Source: Haliotis rubra (taxonomy: Eukaryota). From it: a stretch of 64,000 nt of DNA. The position numbers were made by a program, and so were the translations under genes. Below the pieces are notes generated by a model. That model worked only from the letters and a program-made list of their open reading frames with translations, did no database searches and had not been told where the DNA came from. The DNA lies in NCBI RefSeq assembly GCF_003918875.1, contig NW_025767593.1:248001-312000 (forward strand). Direction: 5' to 3'. Shown in pieces: positions 47,306-59,559 of this stretch (position 1 is its first letter; each line of letters starts with the position of its first letter).

Positions 47306-50300
47306 TTACAAATCAGTTAACAAATCTAATTCTCTTAAAAATGCAATAATTAAATGAGAACTAACATTATTAAAAAGATCCTTCATAGTTCGATTTGAAA
47401 TAGTTATCCCTTGTGATGGAATATTCGATGCAGTCAAGCAAGACATGCTTGACCGTGATTCTTTCATCACAAGGGATGCAAAATGGAGGATCTTCTCCTT
47501 TAAGCAAATATTCATGGGTATACCTTGTATGGCCAATGCGACATCGCCGCATAATGACCTCTTCAAATCTGGACTGACAACCCAAGTAAGTGTAACCGAT
47601 ATAGGGTTTTATTGCATGTAATTTATTGATACCTACTTGGGTGTCCCACTTCTTTTGCATCAGATCACGGATGTAAGATCTAATGCAAGCTTTGTAATCA
47701 GAGTATGGGAGCAGAAGTGGTGTCACAGATTTGTTGAGTGCTGCCTTAGCAGCAATATCAGCCATTGTGTTCCCAGAAATGCCAACGTGGCTGGGTAACC
47801 AACAAAAGACGATGTCGCATTGGCCAGTAGCAAGCTCATTATACAATTCAATAATTTCTAACAAAAGTGGATGTTTGCAAGAAAGATTTTTAATAGCCTG
47901 AAGACACGAAAGAGAATCTGAAAAGATGATATATTGTTTATATTTACGGTGTTTATTAATATATTTAAGAGCTGTTAGTATTGCGTTTGCTTCTGCTGTG
48001 AAAATTGAACTGTCATTGGGTAGTCTGGAAGATATTGTTTTGGACCCAATGACAGTGGCACAAGCAACCGCGCCACCATCCTTGATCCATCTGTATATAA
48101 GGATTTATAGGTATTATATTTATTTCTTAATTGACTAAATTCTTGTTTATACTGTAAATCATTAGTTTCGGATTTTTAAATGTGGTTAATGTTAAGTCAA
48201 CGTCTGGCCTCACCAATTGCCAAGGAGGAAGAAAAAAGACGAGAAGGAGATATATTCTCCAGCTCAATGCCGGCAGCAGAAAGGAATGGTTTAATTCTGT
48301 GCCCAAGAGGCGGAACAAGAGAAGGCTTTTTGTTATACAAATCCTCATAAAGAGGAGTGAAGATGCAGTGAAACGCAGGATTAGACTCGTTAGAATATAG
48401 CTTCGTAATATACTGTAATGATAATTTTATACGGCGTTGGGTAAGAGAAGGCTCATCTGCCTCGACGTAGAGACTGTCAACAGGAGATGTTCTGAAGGAC
48501 CCAAGACAAAGTCTCAGACCTTGATGGTGGACTGAATCTAAGAGTTTTAGGTTGCTTTTGCAGGCTCCACCATAAACGATGGAGCCATAATCAAGCTTCG
48601 AGCGGACAAGTGATCTGTAAAGGTGTAGGAGCGTAGCTTGATCCCCTCCCCACCTTGAATTAGACACGACTTTCAATAAATCAAGTGCCTTCAGGCATTT
48701 AGTTTTGAGAGATTTGATATGCGGAAGAAAAGTTAAATGGGAGTCGAAAATGAGACCTAAGAACTTGGCCTCTTTACAACCTTGATGGGAGTGCCATTTA
48801 AAACAGTTCTGGGTCTTTATGTGGTTTATATTTACGGCAGAAATGTATGCAATTAGTTTTGGATTTAGAAAATTTAAAGCCGTTTTCAAGACACCATTTA
48901 TTTATTTTGTTTAAACACAGCTGCAATTGACGTTCAATAGTATGCATATTTTTACCACGACAAGAAATATTAAAATCATCCACAAAAAGTGATCCATCAA
49001 TGGAGTCGTTTAAAACGTTAGCTAAACTGTTAATCTTTATGCTAAATAAAGTGACAGACAAAATACTGCCCTGTGGGACACCCTGATCCTGATTGTAATG
49101 ATCAGACAGGGTTGAACCCACGCGAACTTGAAATTGCCTGTCAGATAAAAACTCGGCTATAAACTGAGGCAAACGGCCCCGTAAACCAAAATCATGTAAA
49201 TCTTTTAAGATGCCGTACTTCCATGTCGTGTCATAAGCTTTTTCTAGGTCGAAAAAGATTGACACTGCATGTTGCTTGTTAATAATGGCATTCTTAACAA
49301 ATGATTCCAGTCGAACTAAATGGTCAATGGTACTGCGATTTTTACGAAAACCACATTGAATATTTGTGATTAAATTATTAGATTCTAGGTACCAAGTTAA
49401 TCTGTTATTGATCATGCGTTCCATGGTCTTGCAAACGCAGCTAGTCAAGGAAATGGGCCTATAATTAGATGGATCGGTATGATCACGTCCAGGTTTGGGT
49501 ATGGGTACAACGATGGCATCACGCCAGGATGAAGGAAAGTTACCAGTTGTCCAAATTTCGTCAAAAATATTCAAAAGTGTCTCTAGACATGATCCAGGTA
49601 AATGTTTTAGGAGTTGATAATGAATACCATCAGCTCCTGTAGCAGTATTATGAGCTTGTTCAAGAGCATTATGAAGCTCATGAATAGAAAAGATTTCGTT
49701 GTAATCTTCCCGTTATCTGAATGAAAATTTATATTTTTCTTCTCCTGCTGTTGTTGGTATTTTTGAAAGTTAGAACATAGTTAGACGAGGATGAATGTTT
49801 CGCAAGTGTTTCACCCAGTTTATTTGCAATATCAGATTTATTAGTTACCAATTGATCTCCAGATTTTAGATGGTGTATGCTGGATTTATTACCCTTACCT
49901 TTAATTTTCTGGATCATGTTCCAAACCTTTGACATCGGCGTTCGTGAATTAATCTTTGAAACATAATTTCGCCAAGATTGGCGTTTATTTTGTTTAAAAG
50001 TACGCCGGGCTTTAGCATTTAAAATTTTAAACTTATTTAAATTATGGACCATTGGATGGCGACGGAAATACTGTTCAGCTTTCTTCCGTGCCTTCCTAGC
50101 TTGTTTGCAATCAGCTGTAAACCATGGTTTACGTATGTGAGGATTTGCAGAGGACTTCGGAATACACTCATCTGCTATCTCATGAAGGTAGTCGGAGAAA
50201 CGTTTAATAGGGTCGGGGACATCAATAAACATATCAGGATTTAGTTGATTACTGCAAAGAGTTTCATAAAGAACCCAGTCAGCTTTAGCAAAATTCCATC

Positions 50301-50986
50301 TTGTTGACGGAGGAACATCAGATGGTGTCACAGATGTTAATATGGTAGGAAAATGGTCACTACCGCATAGGTCATCATGAACTGACCATTCGAATTCACT
50401 CAGCAGATTAGAGTCAAACCACCGACAAATCTAGGCAAGAGTAAGATCCTGTCGCAGGATGTAGATATGTATGAGAACCATCATTTAAAAGGCATAAATC
50501 ATTATTAAGGAACATTTCCTCAAGCAATTTTCCTCTGGTATTGATGGCAGTACTACCCCAGAGAGGGTTATGGCCATTTAAATCTCCCGTGATAACACAG
50601 GGCTTAGGAGCTGGTCATAAAGTGCTTGAAGATCAGACTGTTGAAGTGAATAAGATGGTGGTATATATATAGAACATAATGTGAAAACAATATTTAACGT
50701 TATGCATTATATAGCAACAGCCTGGAGAGGAGTATTTAGCGGAACAGGACTGTGAATGATACCCCGCCTCACCATAACAGACGATCCTCCAGAGGACTTG
50801 TCCCGGAGGAGAAAAACAATGATATGAATCATATTGTCGAGGGTCAAAATTATCATTGTGTTTAAGGAAGGTTTCCTGTAAACAAAATACTGAGGGTTTA
50901 AAATCCTGAATTAATAGTTGGAGATCATTCATGTTTTTCCGAAGTCCTCTACAATTCCATTGTATTATATCAGCAGAGTAGCTCAT
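47306..50986 (-). pseudogene. LINE ORF2 (APE endonuclease, reverse transcriptase, RNase H), split by frameshifts
   Basis: IIQWNCRGL...CLQET; NYRPISLTS; FFDLEKAYD; GVPQGSILS; LFVDD; WLPSHVGISGNTMAD; RCRIGH. Confidence 0.92.
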
Positions 50987-52260
50987 GGAGGTTCAACTGG
51001 AGGTCGTGAGTCGCATGAATGTCCTTTACGCACTGGTAGCTTATGGGGAGACATCCATAGCAAGAGGTTCAAAGGTGTTGTGAACCTCCGCAGGAACTAA
51101 CAATGGGGAAGGCACCTCAATATGTTTAAGGGCCCTGGATTCTTTTTTTTTTGTTTTGTTTTTCTCTTCTCGTGAGGTGAAACGTTGGTTTTCAATCCAC
51201 TTGATCGGTTCAGGTCGTGATTCCAATACGGCAAAGTGACTGAAAGAGCTGTATTTTGCAGCTGAGGTTCAGTTTCGCGAAGCTGATGAAACGAATTTAG
51301 ATGGTGTGTTGTTGTCTTCAGCGCCAACTGGATACAAGTGTGTCTGTCCATTTGACAGCCAGCTATTAGGTGTTTGACATCCTGTATCAACTTTTGTAAT
51401 AGATGAGACAGCCGCAGAGTATGTCAGTGTAGAAGTGGATAGAGACGACTCGTTTGCAACCAATCTCTTTGCTTCAGTGAATGATATATCATTACTATAT
51501 TTCAATTTGAGAATTTTAGTCTGCGTAAGAAAAGCAGGACATGACTTTGAAGAGGAGTTAGCACATCTGATGGTATCAGTGCAGTCAGTGCTGACATGCT
51601 TCTTACTGCAGCGGGCGTAAACTGGTGAGCTACGACAGGATTTAGCCCCATGGCCAAACTGCTGACATTGAAAACAACGTAGTGGATGAGGTATATAAAC
51701 GTCTACCCCTAAGTTGAAGTATCCAGCTTTGATAGAAGATGGAATCTTTGAAAGCCCAAAAGTGAACAGATACGTATTGGTCTGAATAATATTGTCACCA
51801 TCTTTCCTACTAAACCGTTTCACAGATGTGACACATTGTGACTTCAGTTCAGATAGGATCTCATCTTCAGACATATCGGAGAGGCATTTTGCACGCATCA
51901 CGCACGATACCTCTACACCTAATTGAGCGCTTTGTGGATCGAGACAGCAATCTCAGTGGTAGCAAAGTGATGAGCTTTAAGAAGATTCAGAGATTGGTGT
52001 CTCTTTGCACATTCCACAAGCAGGGAACCAGAGCGAGACGAGTTACATTTTGACTGTTCCACATATGCCTCTCGATGGATTTTGAAATAACTTAATGGAT
52101 TAAGTTTGAGGGGCGCACCATCCATTCCATTCACGACCAGAAATCGTGGCCAAGAATCAACAGTGTACAAAGATTCTTCATCAGAAGACGTTCCAGTGTC
52201 AGTGTCAACGTGCCGTCTTTTAGTTTTGGATCGTGAACCAGTGAGTAATTGGGTAGCCAT
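50983..52260 (-). pseudogene. LINE ORF1 (gag-like nucleic-acid-binding protein), frameshifted
   Basis: WPRFLVV...SGSLLVEC and YIPHPLRCFQCQQFGHGAKSC. Confidence 0.88.
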
Positions 52261-52886
52261 GATAATAAAGGAAATTCAACACCCTGCTCCCCACCCGCCA
52301 TGGAGTGTCAACAAGGACGGAGTTGCAGTGGAAACCGACTGCAACACCAGGGCTACAAGGATGCTATACTCCAGCAAAAAGGACACAGGTAGCTATAATA
52401 GTCAAACAGTGTAAAAGGTCAGGCTGGTCCGGCCCTAGACAATTACCTGATGACAAATAGAACCCGGAGGTCATTAAAACCAGATTGGCCCATGAGCCAC
52501 CGCCTTCTGGCATAGGACTCTAGGCAATAAATTTAACAATAATTTGTATACTATACAATCAAAATTACCAATACCCAATAAGTCAAATGTGCAAAAATAC
52601 TTTCTATGCACAGGGCATGGCGTGACCAGCCGATTGATAGAACCGGGCCAGTTCTACCACCCGTCTAGGTGAAGTAAGGGTCAAAGTGGTGTGTTGGGCA
52701 AAAGGAACACGGTTCCAGGAACCTATTGCCCTCAACCACCAGAATCCCGTCCTCCACCGACACAGGGGCGCAACCATAAATGTCTGAGAAGTACCCAGTA
52801 TATGCGTCTGAGCAAATCGAGCAGCAGTCTTTTGACTGTAATTATCAAATATATTCCTTCTTTGAGTGGCATTTAGAAGTTGCAAA

Positions 52887-53080
52887 GATGAAAGAAAACC
52901 AAGTTCATAGGCTAGTCAACTTCTTTATTGCAATGAATGCGACGTTTTGATGTAGATGTTCACACTGTTATCAAGTGATCAATTGCTTGATAACGGATTT
53001 AGTATCTACACTGAAACGTCGCATTCATTGCAATTGCAATAAAGAAGTTGACTATCCATAGAACTTGGTTTTTCTTTATC
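52887..53080. mobile_element. ~195-bp fold-back element (probable Penelope-derived MITE)
   Basis: Long imperfect palindrome centred at ~52980. Each arm carries CTTGATAAC...AAACGTCGC...AATAAA. Confidence 0.7.
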
Positions 53081-54189
53081 CAATATGTGACCCTTGCACT
53101 TGACAGGTAGAAAAACAAACGAAGAGAAGGATGGAACATTGGGTGGTTCTGTAGCACGTATCTCAAGTGAAACCTTATTGGGTGAAGGAGAAACAATCCT
53201 ACTACCCTCTAAGGCAGACGCTAAAGTGTCCTTAATAACACCTAATTGCTGGTGGTACGGACACAAAATGATTGAAATACACGTTTATGCGCTCAGCAAG
53301 ACTCGAGTATCAAACATCATGATTTCTGTCCCAAAAAATTTTGGGGGTTGGGGTGTGGGGGTGTTGACTTTCTGCCCTTTCAGCTAATCAACATTTTCAG
53401 CTGCGTCAACATCATAGTCAACGTTATAGATACCGCCTTTGTTTTGACTGAAGCTCTTTAGGAATCGACTGAGAGAGATGTCACAAATCGGGATTACGCT
53501 TAGAACCACCTTCCAATTATCAAATGATTTGCAAGGCATTACTAAATTACGTTTTTCAAGGTTTTGCATGAAATCCACGTCACTCATTTTTTCCATACCT
53601 CACGAGCTAACGAAATTGGACTTAAGTTTGTAAAACATATTCTCGTGTCAACAGGCGAACAGAACACCTCAAACCTTCTTGTAGCATCAGAAATGGCGTT
53701 GGCTTTACTTGTAGTGATGTTTTGGTGCTTATGGGATATTTATATACCGTTATGAATACTTTTCTATAAATTGAGCGTCGGCAGATGGAATTTGCATTAT
53801 CCTCTTCCTCATGCTCCTCATTATCGCAGTCCAAACTAAAAGGGTTTACACCCGATGGCTAGCTCTCTCAAACAATACCCAAGAAAACTGATACAACCAG
53901 GCTCGTGGGACTAGAAGTCCATGCTACAAAAAAACATCATCCATGCCTATGATGCCTGGCCAAGATTTTGCTGCATAAATACAAAGGCCAGAAGCCACCC
54001 TTTTCAATATCATACAGAAACACAAGTTTTCACAGCATATTTTCAATCTAAGATATTGAAACATTAGTACGAAGGTCTAGTCTCGCTCAAGTATCTGGAT
54101 CATCATTGCAGGGCTGTGACTTTTAGGCGTAAGACAACAAGGCCTTAACGTTAAAACTGCCTTCCTTAGAAAAGGGTCTTAAAGTCGGA

Positions 54190-55950
54190 GGAGTATGGGA
54201 ATTTCCAAAAGTCCACATAAGGCTCACAAAAAGGACGCCCTAAAGTCAGGGACTTGCAGGGAACAGGTAGCAGGGCCAATAGACGAAATTCGTGGGGTGT
54301 CAATCAGGGCCGCAGGAGCAAGCCCAAGACCCCATCCAGAGGATATGGGAAGAATTTCCCAGCCAGGAAAACACGGTCAGTCTTACTTCACAAATCTCCC
54401 AGACAGCAGAAGCAAGAACTCTACACAATGAATAAACATACACCATCAATCCACGTGAAGGTATTTCAGGGTCCAGTGGGCGGGCGTTTGTTAGCTTTAA
54501 TAGCTTTGGAACATCATAATGACCGAACCGAAATACATCGACACACATCAAGATCTCATTTACTCCCCGCGGGAATGTTAGTAGGATGTCAGAGCCAGCA
54601 ATACCCACACGCTCTACGGTAATGGATACCACTATTAGGAGCTCTTACATCTGTGCAGGATCTTTCAATCAGAGGCCGACTGTATCTAAGATTTTTTTAT
54701 AACTGGATAGATCAGCATCAAGATCAACAGCTGGACATCAAGTGCCCACATGAAGAAACAATCCTGACAATGTCATACACCGGTCCCCAGTCAGGGGGTG
54801 GAGGTTGGACTAGGGGTTGAGGGGACGGGGGAGTTCATTTGAAGACCAGATGCCAGCAGGAGTTAGATTCACCAGTCCACATCAACATCCTGAAGATGTG
54901 AGCAGTTTTACTAGCCATCCAGCAAGGGCACCAATCCTCTGTAGGTCTGGAAAAGACACTGTAGTTGCCTGTATCAACAGACTCGGAGGAACCCTTTCTC
55001 CATTCTTCGTGGAACTTATGAGAGAGCTTTACCTTCAAGTGGACAGTCTGGACTGCAACATTTTGGATAGACACATCCCAGGGAAGATCAGCATCCTTGC
55101 AGATGCACTATCACGCCGGAACAAGATTCTATTGATGGTGTGGATGCTTACATCCGGAAGCCTTCGGGCAGATAGCGATAAAGTGGAACAACTTCATATA
55201 GATCCGGTTACAACATCCCTCAGCAATCAATTGCCAACTCATATCAGTCAAGGAGTTTCAGATGCGTTTCCTCAGCTGTTAGCTAGTCAGTCAGAACTTC
55301 AATATCTGCTTCATATGGCTATACATTGGACCGATTCCAGCAGTGAAGGTTGATTGTTGTGATCCTTGAAGCTTCTCTTGCTGCACAGTTGAGTCTAACA
55401 CCTCAAATGGTAGATGAAGACTAAAAATATGAACCGAATTATATCCAAATATGAAGTTGATTTGGTCTTCATATGAGTGGACACGGTATTGACCTGCCAT
55501 GATGTAGAAGGACGTATTCGTAAGAATTTTGGACCATTATCAACAGTGGTAATAACTCTTAGAATACTACATCTAGCATTTGAGGTAGATGCCCACGCAT
55601 TATCCCCCGAACATACCCAAGTACTTTCCTTAGGGTCCCCTAGGAAAAGTTATGAAGTTCTAGCGCCTACGTCAGGGGAGATCACTCCTATAGATAACGC
55701 TGGGAAAGACCACTAGGAAGAAAGACAAACACAAGGCCATGGACTTTTATCCAAGCTAACCTGTAGATCAGAAACCAGTTTCAGGAAATATATCAAGCAT
55801 GTGTTACAGGTATACAGGTAGTATTCTAGGAAATATGACCGTTGTTGATAATACACTAATAAACCATGCAGTGTCTGAACCCCAGTTACATGCAGTAAGA
55901 GACAACATCGGTATGCAGCTATCCAGAAATCACTAAAGACGAATCTCAGA
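54190..55950 (+). mobile_element. DIRS-type tyrosine-recombinase retrotransposon remnant
   Basis: PVGGRL at the start of pol and the DIRS RNase H signature TVVACINRLGGT...RHIPGKISILADALSR. Degenerate downstream; boundaries approximate. Confidence 0.75.
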
Positions 55951-56069
55951 AACGGTACACTTGTTCCACCATTGTGGACCTTGGCAGTATAACATCATAA
56001 GTCACGATATGGCTGACATACTGCCGATGTGACTTTACATTTCAACTCACTCACTCAGTACATCATTAC

Positions 56070-56235
56070 GGGGCGGTGGGGTAGCCTAGTGGTGAAAGCG
56101 TTGGCTCGTCACGCCGAAGACCCGGGTTCGATTCCCCACATGGGCACACTGTGTTAAGCCCATTTCTGGTGTCCCCCGCCGTGATATTGCTGGAATATTG
56201 CTAAAAGCGGGGTAAAACTAAACTCAGTCAGTCAG
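56070..56235 (+). mobile_element. tRNA-derived SINE with 15-bp TSD
   Basis: Same family as 16886-17053. TSD TCAGTACATCATTAC at 56055-56069 and 56236-56250. Confidence 0.92.
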
Positions 56236-56834
56236 TCAGTACATCATTACACTGAGTAGTACTGGTTGTCATCACACAGAAGAATCAAGTAACGACCACT
56301 TATATCACAAGAGAGGGGTCAAACAACACACTCCATCTCAATCACCAGTAGTAGCCAGACATGCTCCTGCATTGCACTTGGCACAGGAAGCAGGTTAAAA
56401 TGGATCCCCGCTCTTTTCAAGTTCATTTCCAACAAATTAATTTGCAATTGCATGCAATACAATACATATACCTCTTTGCAAGACTTGATTACTCTTTCGT
56501 ACCTTCGCATATGGACAGGCACTTCAGGTTATTTCAACCACATTCAAGGCTACAGCCACAGACAACTTTGGAAGTGACCTCAGGAATTATCGTTTCCTTT
56601 ATTTAAGTATATAGATCACAATAATTCTATCTGTAAAGCATATTAAAATGAATGCTGAAGTCGTTGAAAGGTTCATCTCCAACTGCGAGTCCTACATAGT
56701 TGGGTCTTTTTTCAGGCATAATAACTATATTTGCGAATATACAGCCACGTAAATCAGACTTAAGTTTGTTACATGACTTAGGGATGTCATCTATCATCGG
56801 ATGGTATGGTAAATAAATATTGCAGTCAAGGAAT

Positions 56835-58280
56835 CTAGCACCATCCGGGACTCCAGGCATCTTTGAAGTTGGCCGGGTTAGATCGAGGGTCTGAGGGTGG
56901 GTCCATCGCAGGAACCCGAGTCCCATTCTTCAGGGCCAGCATCTGCAAGAGGGAGTTGACGAGGGTGGGGTTGTCCTTGGAGATATCATGGTGCTCTGTC
57001 GGGTCGGTGCTGATGTTGAACAGCATAACGCTGGGGAGACGAGAGTCGTCAATGAGGGGGACGTCTAAGTCAGACTCAGGAGGAGGGTACCATCCTGAGT
57101 ACCGACCAGGGTTACCAACGATCAACTTCATGTCTCCCCATCGAAGAGCTGCGGCATGGTGGGCGTCGTAGATGTTGTAGACAAATTCATTCCTTACGCT
57201 GCTGCCTCCATTCAGGATCATGTCGACTTGACTCACCCCGTCGATATCCAGTTGACTGGAGTCTCCTCCAGCTATGTCCAGTAACGTAGGGTACCAGTCC
57301 ACGGCATGGAACATCCCAGGGTGAGTGTAGCCTCTCTTCTTCAGCAGAGTCTTACTGTAGACGAAACCAGCTCCCCTGGTGCCTCCCTCCCATAGTGTGC
57401 CTTTCCCACCCCTCAGAGGCCAGTTATTACCACCTTGAGTTGGAAGCCCACCATTGTCTGTTGTAAATACAAGAAGCAGATTGTCCATGAATCCAAGGTT
57501 CTCCAGGACAGTGGTGATGTTGTACACAGCATCGTCCAAAGAACTCACCATACCACTGTAAACCATCCTATTTAAATCATGAATGTGGCTGTAGCGATCG
57601 GAATATTTAGCAGGCACCTGCAGTGGTCCATGTACAGCTTGAAACGGCAGGTACAGATACATGGGCTTGGATTTGTCGTGGTTCATTATGATATCGATGG
57701 CTCTCTTTGCAAACACGTACGTGGAGTATTCCCCTTGTGCGTCTTTGTAGACATCTGTCATGTTCCTGAAGTCATAGCCGTAGTAGTCAACAAGCCTGTA
57801 CCTGTCATGAGTGAAATGGTCCTCCATACCTCCATAGTAGCCCATGAAGGTGTCGAAACCTCTGTAGGTGGGAGTGTACTTCCAGTTACAGAAGCCGAGG
57901 TGCCACTTGCCAACCATGTGGGTATCATAGCCAAAGGTCTTCAACCTCTGTGGGATGGTGATCAGGTCCGCCGGCATGTACTTGGGTTGTTCAATGAAGA
58001 CTACACTATCCTGGAGCCCCGTGTGGTAGGGGAACTTGCCCGACATGAAGCAGTTTCTTGAGGGGGAACACAGCGGCTGGACGTAGGAGGAGTTGAGGAT
58101 GACGCCGTCACGGGCGAGGCGATCAAGTGTCGGCGTCTGGATGTCTGGGTTGATCCAGCCAACGTCATTCCAGCCAAGGTCATCTGCCACGATGAAGACA
58201 ATGTGTGGTTTGTCAGCAGCAGCAGCAGTGCTGGTGAAACACGAGACTACTACAGCAGCGAGAACAGTGTAAAGGGTCAT
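56835..58280 (-). CDS. Arylsulfatase B-like sulfatase, copy 5 (481 aa, intronless)
   Basis: Intact ORF with all motifs and a one-residue insertion in NPGRYSGW. Candidate AATAAA (minus strand) at 56598-56603. Confidence 0.95.
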   Translation of the reverse strand: MTLYTVLAAVVVSCFTSTAAAADKPHIVFIVADDLGWNDVGWINPDIQTPTLDRLARDGVILNSSYVQPLCSPSRNCFMSGKFPYHTGLQDSVVFIEQPKYMPADLITIPQRLKTFGYDTHMVGKWHLGFCNWKYTPTYRGFDTFMGYYGGMEDHFTHDRYRLVDYYGYDFRNMTDVYKDAQGEYSTYVFAKRAIDIIMNHDKSKPMYLYLPFQAVHGPLQVPAKYSDRYSHIHDLNRMVYSGMVSSLDDAVYNITTVLENLGFMDNLLLVFTTDNGGLPTQGGNNWPLRGGKGTLWEGGTRGAGFVYSKTLLKKRGYTHPGMFHAVDWYPTLLDIAGGDSSQLDIDGVSQVDMILNGGSSVRNEFVYNIYDAHHAAALRWGDMKLIVGNPGRYSGWYPPPESDLDVPLIDDSRLPSVMLFNISTDPTEHHDISKDNPTLVNSLLQMLALKNGTRVPAMDPPSDPRSNPANFKDAWSPGWC

Positions 58281-58505
58281 GGTCCTGAAGTGGCAATAAG
58301 CAGTGTATGTAACGAGTACCTCATGACATTTCTTGATCCTTCTGCGTTAAGATCAATATATATGTTACCCTTATCAGATCACGTTAAACGTACATGGCTG
58401 CGATCTTATCACATTCTTATCTTGAAACATTTGATGGCCCATTTCATGTTTCTTATTTTAAGTGACCTGAAGGTCACTCAAATACATGAAAAAACATTTT
58501 TCATG

Positions 58506-58598
58506 TGCGTGAGTAAGTGCGTGAGTGAGTGAGTGAGTGAGTGAGTGAGTGCGTGCGTGCGTGCGTGCGTGCGTGCGTGAGCGAGCGAGCGAGTGAGT
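58506..58598 (+). repeat. Compound microsatellite (GAGT)n(GCGT)n(GAGC)n
   Basis: Read directly; ~230-320 bp upstream of sulfatase 5. Confidence 0.95.
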
Positions 58599-59559
58599 TA
58601 GTGAGAACCCTTCGAATGAGAACCCTTCGCCGTCTCACTTCCCTCTTCGCTCTAAGAGCTAGTGGTTCCATATATACATTCATATGCGCCACACCACCCC
58701 AAACTATGTAGTACCACGCACTGTGACTGAATGTCTTACTGAGGTAGTTCCATACAGACATTCATACAGGTCCACAGAGCCTTGATCCGTCATATGTGTA
58801 TATATATATATATATCTGGACTAACGACTCACTCAGCCAGTCAATCATTCCCAGGTCCTACACAAGTTAAGGTGATATGAGCTGGAGACGATCTCACATT
58901 ACCAGGTGATGGGGTCAATGTGCAGATCATGCACCCGTCCTACATGGCCACTGAAGTATGTCTGGTTAGCTGTCAGTACAGACGGAGTACACTCAACACG
59001 GTATGCCAGTGACAGAGGTAAGTTGATCGCACCTGTATTTGCTGACTATTGTGTCACTACAGTTATGCATTATTTACATATATGCCGAATTGAGATTAAT
59101 GGCTGTCCTAAGCTACCCATCTTGGTCATAAGGAACGTAGGGGTGTACTCTCCTGTGTGGAGGTGCGTGTCTGGCTCATTGAAATATAGAGAGTCGTGTC
59201 GTGCAGCGTCAAAACCAAACGAATTTCTGCATGTAAGAGACGCAAAGATTGGTTGTATCTACTTAAAATATTAATCGGCTTTATGCGTTTAATTTTCGAG
59301 TGTAATCAGTTTTGGTCTTTCGTAAAGCGAGTGAAACTTTTAACCTCGTTTAACACTCATTTTGAATGTCCATACTTGAACATTGTGTAAACGTGTTTTG
59401 CGTCGTCATTTGCTAGACAAAGGCGAGTGGCTCTTTGTAAATGTTCACTCCTCAAACAAACAGGATATAATGAGAATGTTGATTTGTTCATAAAATATTC
59501 CGTACAAATACAATAATCCTAGTGAACGGTGACAGCCACATGTTCGTCCACTGGGGTAG

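Larger units (their letters stand above)
46772..52774 (-). mobile_element. Full-length I-group (Nimb/I-like) LINE, ~6.0 kb, frameshifted
   Basis: 14-bp TSD CATAAATGTCTGAG at 46758-46771 and 52775-52788. ORF1 has a CCHC knuckle and ORF2 has APE-RT-RNase H. 3' (ACTC)n tail. Confidence 0.95.

Noticed and set aside
53100-53850. Short minus-strand ORFs resembling a decayed transposase
   Set aside because: No diagnostic motif I can support.
10201-58280. Bacterial horizontal transfer or contamination as the origin of the intronless sulfatases
   Set aside because: The proteins have animal ARSB-type motifs, C-terminus and glycosylation sequons, and they are embedded among metazoan transposons.
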